DNA of 57,309 nucleotides from an uncultured Candidatus Saccharibacteria bacterium (GTDB lineage: Bacteria; Patescibacteriota; Minisyncoccia; Phycocordibacterales; WO2-35-19): positions 1 to 57,309 of the forward strand of contig CAYIPT010000001.1 in assembly GCA_964365465.1 (NCBI GenBank), written 5' to 3'. Of the stretch, positions 47,159 through 54,162 are shown piece by piece. Position numbers and translations under genes: made by a program. The stretch's first letter is position 1. Each line of letters begins with the position of its first letter. The notes beneath the pieces were generated by a model. It saw only the letters and a list, made by a program, of their open reading frames with translations. It made no database searches and was not told the DNA's origin.

Positions 47159-47187
47159 AGTATAGCAAACTCTGTATAAAAAGTCAA
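47159..47187 (-). promoter_or_regulatory. Sigma70-like promoter for 45946..47076
   Basis: Minus strand reads TTGACT-N17-TATACT. It implies a 5-prime UTR of about 75 nt. Confidence 0.6.
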
Positions 47188-47220
47188 GAGCCCAATCTAC
47201 ACATTAGTATAAATCGAGCT

Positions 47221-47901
47221 CTAAGGGCTCTGTTGAGCCATATTTTTACAACCGGTTTCCTTGGAGTTTGCAAAATACTCTGCGATTATCCTACTAAAAT
47301 CTTTGCATCGCCTAGTATCAAGAGGAGTGAAGATGAAGTGATTTTTCACCCTGCCCTTATCGGCAAACTGCCTAAAGTCCTTGGGTCTGATTACAGAACC
47401 CTTGCCTTGCGCTTCCAGTTCAAGTGCTTCCTTGTTTTCTTTTTTCCAGATATTCATTCCTCTCTTGAAAAGCCAGAGATCGGAGCGATAATCCAACTCC
47501 GAGTATTCTCTTCCGGGGAAAGTATCAATCCAAATTTCTCTTTCGGCCAAGAGCTGTCTCGGACTGATATTGAAAACATCTATCATAACAAAGCAAGGAA
47601 AAAGGGACGGCAAAAAAAACAATCCGTCTACGCCGCAAAAATCCACCTCTGTGTCCACCGAAGGAAGAAAAACCAATTCTTCGGGATTAATTCCTAAACG
47701 GACCAAGTGTCTCAACATTTGGTTGTAGAGATACTCTCCTATCGCCGTTGGCGGGTGTTTTATGTCGAGTGTTTGGATTATACGTCTCACTCCATCACTT
47801 AAATCCACCCTTTTGTTCAGAAATCTGTTGACAAGCCGATCGCCACTTGAGCGACAGCCAAAAACCGCCTCCTCGAAATCAAAACCTGTTTTGAATTGCA
47901 T
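47221..47901 (-). CDS. Hypothetical protein (226 aa), higher GC
   Basis: ATG preceded by GAGGAGG, with its own promoter. No family recognised. Confidence 0.7.
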   Translation of the reverse strand: MQFKTGFDFEEAVFGCRSSGDRLVNRFLNKRVDLSDGVRRIIQTLDIKHPPTAIGEYLYNQMLRHLVRLGINPEELVFLPSVDTEVDFCGVDGLFFLPSLFPCFVMIDVFNISPRQLLAEREIWIDTFPGREYSELDYRSDLWLFKRGMNIWKKENKEALELEAQGKGSVIRPKDFRQFADKGRVKNHFIFTPLDTRRCKDFSRIIAEYFANSKETGCKNMAQQSP

Positions 47902-47923
47902 GTCATAGGAACCTCCTCTTCAC

Positions 47924-47952
47924 AGGATAGCAGATATATGTTTTTAAGTCAA
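47924..47952 (-). promoter_or_regulatory. Sigma70-like promoter for 47221..47901
   Basis: Minus strand reads TTGACT-N17-TATCCT. Confidence 0.6.
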
Positions 47953-47961
47953 GTTTGGAGT

Positions 47962-48009
47962 CTTCCCTCCCCTGATCAAGGGGAGGGTGCCCGCAGGGCG
48001 GGTGGGGTT
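47962..48009. repeat. GC-rich hairpin element, copy E5
   Basis: ccctcccc (47965-47972), loop tgatcaa, ggggaggg (47980-47987), then gccc-gca-gggc, then the tail gggtggggtt. Its end abuts and overlaps the secF stop codon. Confidence 0.75.
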
Positions 48010-48904
48010 ATTTCTTTAGATTATTGATGGTGACCAAAAGCGTAGAGCCGATAAAAATAGAAGAATAAGTGCCTATGGTTATGCCTATAAGAAGAGTCAG
48101 GGCAAAATGTTTTATGGCTTCCGGTCCAAAAAGATAGAGAACAAAGATGGCCAAGAGCGTGGTCAAGGATGTATTTATGGAGCGAATAAATGTCTCGTTT
48201 ATGCTCTCCCCCACTATTGTTTCAAAACTTTTTTTATTTCCATAATCCTCGTTTTTGTGCAAATTTTCTCTGATTCTGTCAAAAACAACAATGGTGTCAT
48301 GGACAGAAAAACCAAGTATAACCAAAAGAGCGGTTACAAAAAGAGTGTCCACCTCAAATCCGTAAAAATGTCCGAGTAATGCAAATACCCCCGTCGGCAC
48401 AATGACATCGTGGAGCAGGGCCAAAACAGTGACGATGCCGTAAATCCAAGATGATATCGGTTTGGAGACCTTTCTGAAAGCAAAAGCTATAAAGAGCACG
48501 ATGGCAAGCAAAACTAAAATTATAGAAAGCCACGACTTTTGAAGCGCTTCTTTGCCTAAGATGGGCCCGATGGTACTGAATGTTTTTTCTATAGGAGAAT
48601 ATTTGCCACCCAAAGAAAGATTTTGAATAATGGAATTTTTTTGGTCCTGCGTTATTTCTTTTGTTCTTATGAAAAAACCCTCGCCAGACGACCTTATTGA
48701 AGCGTCTTTGAAATTTAGATCGGTCAAAACTTTGCTCATTTCCTCGCTTGTCGGTACTTTGCTCGCAAAAGAAATATTCAATAAACTGCCACCCGCAAAA
48801 TCAATGCTTGGTTTCAGGCCCCAGGAGAAAAAAGAGAGGAGAGAGGCGGCGATCAGAATGACCGATAAAGCGTAAAATATTTTTCTGTGTTTGACTATTA
48901 ACAT
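48008..48904 (-). CDS. secF: Protein translocase subunit SecF
   Basis: GLKPSIDFAGGSLL is the SecF hallmark; six TM segments. Start placed at the ATG at 48904, 4 nt after the secD stop. The ORF-track extension overlaps secD. Confidence 0.85.
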   Translation of the reverse strand: MLIVKHRKIFYALSVILIAASLLSFFSWGLKPSIDFAGGSLLNISFASKVPTSEEMSKVLTDLNFKDASIRSSGEGFFIRTKEITQDQKNSIIQNLSLGGKYSPIEKTFSTIGPILGKEALQKSWLSIILVLLAIVLFIAFAFRKVSKPISSWIYGIVTVLALLHDVIVPTGVFALLGHFYGFEVDTLFVTALLVILGFSVHDTIVVFDRIRENLHKNEDYGNKKSFETIVGESINETFIRSINTSLTTLLAIFVLYLFGPEAIKHFALTLLIGITIGTYSSIFIGSTLLVTINNLKK

Positions 48905-48908
48905 AAAT

Positions 48909-50213
48909 TTATTTAGGGGTTGGGGGTGAGGTCGTGATAGCAAATAATATAGTTCTTGAAGCGGTAATGGCGGAAAACATTGAAACCAAAACACCAATCA
49001 AAAATACTAGAGCAAAACCTTTAATGATCGGGGTGGAAGCGAAATAGTAAAGAATAACCGCCGTTATGATGCTTGAAAGGTTTGAATCCCTGATAGAGCT
49101 CCAAGCTCTGTGAAATCCCTCCTTCAAAGCATCGTGCTTGTTTTTGCCTCTTTTTAATTCCTCTTTGGTCCTTTCAAAAATCAAAATATTAGCGTCCACG
49201 GCCATACCGAGAGAAAGAATAAAACCGGCAATGCCGGCAGCCGTCAAGGTGACCGGTATAAATTTGAATAAAATAAGATTAATAATGGTGTATATAACCA
49301 AGGCCAAAGCAGCCACCAATCCCTGAAAACGATACCAAATAACTAAAAATAAAGAAACAACAACAAAAGCATAAAGGCCAGCTTTGACACTAGCGTCAAC
49401 CGCCTTATCGCCCAAAGTGGCACCAATCGTCTCAGTGCTAACCAAAGAAATGGGCATGGGCAGAGCGCCATAATTCAAATCACGAACAATTTGTTTGGCC
49501 TGATCGGGTGTAAAATCGCCCGTAATGACCGCTTCCCCGCCCTTTATTTCTTCTTTAATTGACGGAGCTTCTATCAAATTGCCGTCCAAAAAAATTCCCA
49601 TCACTCGGCCAACATTTTCTTTAGTAATTTTGGCAAAAAGATTTGCTCCCTCTTCATTAAATTTCAAACCAATTATGGGTTTGCTTGCAAAATCTTGATT
49701 AAATTGAATACTGGCCTTTTGCAACATTCGACCGGTTAAGCCGGTCTCTAAAAATGTTCCCGGGGTATTTATAACATCCTGATTTTTTTCACCCGCTTTT
49801 ATTTTAGCTTCCGCCTCTTTGGACAAAAGTTTGAATTCCAAAACCGGAGTCTCGCCGAGTCGTTTTATGGCCTGATTTACATCCGTTACGCCGGGCAGTT
49901 CCACAATAAGTCTTTGCTCAGTATTCGTTGTGCCAAAAACTCCTCCCTGCTCTACTTGTATAATAGGCTCAGAAACTCCAAAAATGTTTATACGTCTTTC
50001 AATAACCTCTTTTAAGGATTGCATGGCCCCCGAAATATCTGCGCCTGAAACTCCTGATGTATCAGCTTTGTAAACTAAATGTGTGCCACCTGATAAATCT
50101 AGTCCCAATTTGAATTTTTTGTCTGAGCCTTCTTTTTGAGAATTCCACACAAAAAAACCAGCAACTACTGCCACCGCCACTATTATAATCGCCCAAAATC
50201 TGTATTTAGCCAT
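48909..50213 (-). CDS. secD: Protein translocase subunit SecD
   Basis: LGLDLSGGTHLVY is the SecD hallmark, with a periplasmic domain and six C-terminal TM segments. The last codons (TSPPTPK) are encoded by a cctcacccccaacccct motif related to the E-element tails. Confidence 0.85.
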   Translation of the reverse strand: MAKYRFWAIIIVAVAVVAGFFVWNSQKEGSDKKFKLGLDLSGGTHLVYKADTSGVSGADISGAMQSLKEVIERRINIFGVSEPIIQVEQGGVFGTTNTEQRLIVELPGVTDVNQAIKRLGETPVLEFKLLSKEAEAKIKAGEKNQDVINTPGTFLETGLTGRMLQKASIQFNQDFASKPIIGLKFNEEGANLFAKITKENVGRVMGIFLDGNLIEAPSIKEEIKGGEAVITGDFTPDQAKQIVRDLNYGALPMPISLVSTETIGATLGDKAVDASVKAGLYAFVVVSLFLVIWYRFQGLVAALALVIYTIINLILFKFIPVTLTAAGIAGFILSLGMAVDANILIFERTKEELKRGKNKHDALKEGFHRAWSSIRDSNLSSIITAVILYYFASTPIIKGFALVFLIGVLVSMFSAITASRTILFAITTSPPTPK

Positions 50214-50225
50214 GTAATTAAGTTA

Positions 50226-51575
50226 TCATACTCCGCTTCTAGATAAAAGGGTCTTAATAGTTTTCAGAGCGATTTTAAGGTCAAGCATAAAGGAACGGTT
50301 TTTGATGTAGTATAGGTCGTAGGAAAGTTTTTCTTTGGTTTGCTTAACGCCAAGGCCGTGGTGCGAATGGTTCTCGTGATAAAGCTGGGCCCAGCCCGAA
50401 AGACCGGGTTTAATTAAATGGCGAATGTTATAAAAAGGGATTTCATTTTCATAGCGTTTAACCCCAGAAGGCAGTTCTGGTCTTGGGCCAATTAGAGAAA
50501 TATCTCCCCTGAACACATTCCATATCTGAGGAAATTCGTCTAGACGCGTTTTGCGCAAAATATTTCCAAACCAAGTTATTTTATTATCAGATTGTTCTGC
50601 TGTAAGATCGGTAATATTTTTAGACATGGAACGGAATTTATAAAGATGCACAATTTTATTGTCCTTTCCAACACGTTCTTGTTTAATAAAAACCGGTCCA
50701 CCATCTTCTATTTTGGCAGCTAAAAATGCAAACGGATATGTAATAACTGGAACAACAGAAAGTGGAATAGAAATTAAAATATCCATAATTCGTTTTAAAA
50801 AATCGTAGGTTATGTGTATTTCAGTGGAAATATTTTCCAAAAACCAGTTGTAGCGGACCAAAGACAAAGGCACTTTGTCAAAAATATCTTCATAAATTTT
50901 ATACATATCTATGAATTTCACTTTAGAAAAAATGAGATTGTAGAGATGCGGCAAAATCGGCTCCACTTTTTCATTTTTCAAGTCCACGGCGATTATCTGC
51001 ACTTCTTCCGAATAAACCCGAGAGAGTATTTCCTCCTGGAAATCCACACCAGAGACACGATCAAGATCAACCGAAGATATAAACTCCAAACCGTATCTTG
51101 GATTGTTATTGACTTCTTCTAGAAGCTCTTTCATCTCTTCTCCACTGCCTACAATAATGCCTTTTTGCTTAGCCAGCGGATGTAAAAATCTGTCGCCGTA
51201 TATTCTCCAAACAAGGATAAGACCTGAAGAAATAATCAAATAAATAAAAAGATTGGTTTTTGGAGTAATGCCGAAATACGGAATGAAGTAGAAAAAGAGA
51301 ACGGCAATAAAACTGTTGGCGATTTGAGCGTTAAAAACGGTGCTGGGCAGACGACTTTTCAAAATCAAAGTGTGTTTTTCATAAAGTCCGGATATAAAAA
51401 ACACCAAAATCCAAATGGCAATAATTATGGAAAATGGCCAAAAGTGCAGGTTCCATAAATATTTGGAGGGAATGCCCCATTCCCTAAGCGCCAAAGCAGA
51501 CCAAATAGAAAAATACAGCAAAATAACATCACCCAAAAACAACGCTATGGTTTCCTTTTTGCCCGATATGGTCAT
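50226..51575 (-). CDS. Polyprenyl-phosphate glycosylphosphotransferase (WbaP-like large bacterial sugar transferase)
   Basis: Four or five N-terminal TM segments, a central Rossmann-like region, and a C-terminal catalytic domain with RLDEFPQIWNVFRGDISLIGPRPE and PGLSGWAQ. Confidence 0.85.
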   Translation of the reverse strand: MTISGKKETIALFLGDVILLYFSIWSALALREWGIPSKYLWNLHFWPFSIIIAIWILVFFISGLYEKHTLILKSRLPSTVFNAQIANSFIAVLFFYFIPYFGITPKTNLFIYLIISSGLILVWRIYGDRFLHPLAKQKGIIVGSGEEMKELLEEVNNNPRYGLEFISSVDLDRVSGVDFQEEILSRVYSEEVQIIAVDLKNEKVEPILPHLYNLIFSKVKFIDMYKIYEDIFDKVPLSLVRYNWFLENISTEIHITYDFLKRIMDILISIPLSVVPVITYPFAFLAAKIEDGGPVFIKQERVGKDNKIVHLYKFRSMSKNITDLTAEQSDNKITWFGNILRKTRLDEFPQIWNVFRGDISLIGPRPELPSGVKRYENEIPFYNIRHLIKPGLSGWAQLYHENHSHHGLGVKQTKEKLSYDLYYIKNRSFMLDLKIALKTIKTLLSRSGV

Positions 51576-51600
51576 ATTAAAGGATATAATACCTTATTTT

Positions 51601-51644
51601 ACAAAAAATACAAAAATTAAGGGGGCAGTCTGCAACTAGCCCCC
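51601..51644 (-). terminator. Rho-independent terminator/attenuator between the small ORF and the sugar transferase gene
   Basis: Minus strand: GGGGGC (51639-51644), a 12-nt loop, GCCCCC (51621-51626), then TTAATTTTTGTATTTTTTGT. The small-ORF stop codon (51636-51638) directly follows the 5-prime arm. Confidence 0.65.
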
Positions 51645-51740
51645 ACGGCCAAACCATAGACAGAGATCAAGAACCAGGAACACAGAACCAAGAATTACTC
51701 TCATTCTTGTCTCTGGCATCAGATTCGAAAACCATTTCAT
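51636..51740 (-). CDS. Candidate 34-aa leader/small membrane peptide (MKWFSNLMPETRMRVILGSVFLVLDLCLWFGRGG)
   Basis: Below the ORF-track size cutoff. ATG is preceded by GGAG at 7 nt, with a promoter ~20 nt upstream. The hydrophobic core is helix-length. It could instead be a non-coding structured leader. Confidence 0.4.
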   Translation of the reverse strand: MKWFSNLMPETRMRVILGSVFLVLDLCLWFGRGG

Positions 51741-51757
51741 AATGGATCTCCGAATTT

Positions 51758-51786
51758 ACATTATCACACCTTGAATTTTTAGTCAA
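51758..51786 (-). promoter_or_regulatory. Sigma70-like promoter, copy 1 of a duplicated 27-nt promoter module
   Basis: Minus strand reads TTGACT-N17-TAATGT. 51761-51787 matches 52951-52977 at 25 of 27 positions. The -35 overlaps the stop codon of 51783..52361. Confidence 0.6.
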
Positions 51787-52361
51787 ACCAATTTAAAATG
51801 CTTTCTTAACCATTCGTCATTTTCTATTTTTTCGGCAATTATATATAAAACCTCATCCCCTATTTCATAGTTAACTTTGAGTAAATCAACCACCTCTTCG
51901 CAATCATATGGATAAACCCAAACGCTATTTTGTAATTTTACGCACCCAATATTTTGAAGCATTACACGCACTGCGTCCCGATGAAATCTGTCCTCTTCCC
52001 TTATATCAAAAATAATTAACCTCCATCTTTTATCCCACTTTTTAGGCTTTTTTACCGTAAACGCTTTTGATTCATATTTCCACAAGTATAATTTTCCTTT
52101 CTGAGTTATTTTATAAAATTCTTCTTCTTCCTTCTTTTGTAAAACAATTAATCCTTTTCTTTTAAGACGCTGAATGGCACTTTCCAAACTATATTTTGGA
52201 TCCCTTGCTGTAGGTAACCACCCAAAATACTTCAAAGCCTTTAGAGTATTGGGTGCCAAAACTGCCGCGCTTATAAACGTTCCCCATTTTAAAGATTCTA
52301 ATAGAGCTCTTTCAAATTTATTTTTTCTTCTCTCTCTTTTTGTTTCTTTTTCCAAATTCAT
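51783..52361 (-). CDS. Minimal PaaX-like protein: N-terminal winged-HTH plus a Cas2-like ferredoxin-fold domain
   Basis: C-terminal half: WRLIIFDIREEDRFHRDAVRVMLQNIGCVKLQNSVWVYP...DEVLYII follows the Cas2 pattern (hhhhYDI, basic helix, G, hQxSVa). N-terminal half: LESAIQRLKRKGLIVL...YKITQKGKLYL is wHTH-like. Confidence 0.6.
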   Translation of the reverse strand: MNLEKETKRERRKNKFERALLESLKWGTFISAAVLAPNTLKALKYFGWLPTARDPKYSLESAIQRLKRKGLIVLQKKEEEEFYKITQKGKLYLWKYESKAFTVKKPKKWDKRWRLIIFDIREEDRFHRDAVRVMLQNIGCVKLQNSVWVYPYDCEEVVDLLKVNYEIGDEVLYIIAEKIENDEWLRKHFKLV

Positions 52362-52387
52362 TTTTATTTTTTGAATTACACTATTCG

Positions 52388-52399
52388 CTACGATCGTAG
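52388..52399. promoter_or_regulatory. Perfect 12-bp palindrome, candidate operator upstream of 51783..52361
   Basis: ctacgatcgtag lies 27-38 nt upstream of the ATG at 52361. Confidence 0.35.
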
Positions 52400-52429
52400 T
52401 TTATAGCGTAATTTTATTTTAACCAAAAT

Positions 52430-52468
52430 TTTGTTTGAATACAACAAGGGAGCCGCGGTTTGGCTCCC
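52430..52468 (-). terminator. Rho-independent terminator for the 52494..52931 cassette
   Basis: gggagcc (52448-52454) pairs with ggctccc (52462-52468), followed on the minus strand by TTGTTGTATTCAAACAAAATTTT. Confidence 0.55.
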
Positions 52469-52493
52469 TAATTTCGCCCCCGAGAGAGACGAA

Positions 52494-52745
52494 CTACTTT
52501 TGTTCCCGACAGAATTTGCTATCGGGATTGTATTTCTCGCCGATTTTGCGGAATTTTATGGTTCCTGTATCCCCGGTCTTCAGAACATCGAGTCCCCACA
52601 ATTCCATTTTGCCTCCGTTGAGACGAAGCTGATATACCGACGAATCCACAAAAGAAGGAACTTCCTCGCCAAACATAATGAACCTTGGTACATCCCAAAG
52701 ACCACCAATAACTGTCGGTGGCGCGATAAACTCGTAAAAAATCAT
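52494..52745 (-). CDS. Hypothetical small protein (83 aa or shorter)
   Basis: An ORF between the upstream small membrane protein and the terminator. There is no clear SD at the first ATG, so the start is uncertain. GC is higher than in neighbouring genes. Confidence 0.4.
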   Translation of the reverse strand: MIFYEFIAPPTVIGGLWDVPRFIMFGEEVPSFVDSSVYQLRLNGGKMELWGLDVLKTGDTGTIKFRKIGEKYNPDSKFCREQK

Positions 52746-52778
52746 CGCGCAAGGATCAGCCGTTGCCCGTTTGGCGCG

Positions 52779-52931
52779 TTATACATCCTGTTTAAATTGC
52801 TTTTCCAGCCGAGCAAATTCTTGTTGTTGTTTTTCAAGCATCATTCCTTGCCTTTTGTCGGCCTTCACTGCTAGAAAGACGAAGGCAGAAAAAGCAAGGA
52901 AAAGACAGGCAAAAAAGAGAATATTCTTCAT
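52779..52931 (-). CDS. Small membrane-anchored coiled-coil protein (50 aa)
   Basis: MKNILFFACLFLAFSAFVFLAV is followed by a charged helix. GGAGGTG lies 3 nt before the ATG at 52931, with a promoter directly upstream. The ORF-track TTG start at 52976 falls inside the -35 box. Confidence 0.55.
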   Translation of the reverse strand: MKNILFFACLFLAFSAFVFLAVKADKRQGMMLEKQQQEFARLEKQFKQDV

Positions 52932-52947
52932 AGACACCTCCATTAAT

Positions 52948-52976
52948 ATCTTATCACGCCTTGTATTTTTAGTCAA
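52948..52976 (-). promoter_or_regulatory. Sigma70-like promoter, copy 2 of the duplicated 27-nt promoter module
   Basis: Minus strand reads TTGACT-N17-TAAGAT. Confidence 0.6.
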
Positions 52977-52995
52977 ATTAAGTTAGTATTTTGGT

Positions 52996-54162
52996 ATGCA
53001 GGAAAATATAAATGGCAAGAAAAAAATATTATATTTTATAACCAAAGGCAATTTTGGGGGGGCGCAGAGGTATGTTTATGATTTGGCAATAAGCCTACCT
53101 AAAAATAAATTTGAGGCGGTTGTCGCGTGCGGGGATGGAGAATTGTTGATTGAAAGATTGAAAGAAGCAAAGATTAAAACAATACAAATTGAAGAGCTTG
53201 GGAGAGAGATAAAAGCAAGTAAAGATTTAAAAGTTTTAAAAAATTTAATAAAAATAATAAAGGAAGAAAAGCCAAATGTAATTCATTTAAATTCTTCTAA
53301 AATTGGTTTACTCGGAGCTCTTGCAATTTCATATCTAAAATTTTTATCCATAATACATAATACATATCCCATACCCCATTCCGTCTTCACCGCTCACGGC
53401 TGGGCCTTTAATGAAAAAAGTAGGGGGGCTTTATCCAAATTTATCTTTTATTTAGGCCATTATTTGACAATTTTGATTTGCAACATAACAATCGCCGTAT
53501 CGGAAAAAGCCAAAAGAAATATTGATTTCTTACCTTTTGTAAAAAATAAAATAAAAGTGGTTTATAACGGTATAAATAAATTTGAAACACTACCCAGAGA
53601 AGAAAGTAGGATAATATTAGCAAGCAAAGATTCAGAAAAAATAATTATTTTTTCAATATCGGAACTTAATAAAAATAAAGGTGTCGATGTGGCTTTAAAC
53701 GCTTTAGCTCTTTTACCTAAAGAAATAAAACAAAAAATAATTTATGTTGTTGCCTCCCCCGGCGAAGAAAGAGAAAATTTAGAAAAATTGGCTCTTGATT
53801 TGGGTATTAAAAAAATAATTAGATTTTTGGGGTTTGTACCAGATGCCAAAAAACTTCTTTCCGGTGCTGATATATTCCTTCTCCCCTCTCGAACCGAGGC
53901 CTTTCCCTACGCCATTTTGGAAGCGGGCGCTGCAGGCATGCCGATCATAGCCACCAGCGTCGGCGGCGTGCCGGAAGTTTTGCATGATATGCAAAACGGC
54001 ATCTTGGTGCATCCTCAAAATCCCAAAGAAATCGCCGAGGCCATTTTGTATTATTTAGATCACCCAGATAAACAAAAAGAATTTGGTAAAGAAATAAAAA
54101 AGACCATATTAAACTTTTTTTCTCTGAACAAAATGATTGATGAGACAATTAAAATTTATTGA
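52996..54162 (+). CDS. GT4 (GT-B) glycosyltransferase
   Basis: GNFGGAQRYVYDL and AFPYAILEAGAAGMPIIATSVGGVPE. TTGTAT-N17-TAGTAT ends 6 nt before the ATG. Confidence 0.8.
   Translation: MQENINGKKKILYFITKGNFGGAQRYVYDLAISLPKNKFEAVVACGDGELLIERLKEAKIKTIQIEELGREIKASKDLKVLKNLIKIIKEEKPNVIHLNSSKIGLLGALAISYLKFLSIIHNTYPIPHSVFTAHGWAFNEKSRGALSKFIFYLGHYLTILICNITIAVSEKAKRNIDFLPFVKNKIKVVYNGINKFETLPREESRIILASKDSEKIIIFSISELNKNKGVDVALNALALLPKEIKQKIIYVVASPGEERENLEKLALDLGIKKIIRFLGFVPDAKKLLSGADIFLLPSRTEAFPYAILEAGAAGMPIIATSVGGVPEVLHDMQNGILVHPQNPKEIAEAILYYLDHPDKQKEFGKEIKKTILNFFSLNKMIDETIKIY

Noticed and set aside
52431-52874. A plus-strand 147-aa ORF spanning the small-protein cassette.
   Set aside because: The promoter, SD and terminator signals are all on the minus strand, and the plus-strand translation is rich in C/W/H/F with no recognisable features. 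The minus-strand small ORFs are preferred, but with low confidence.
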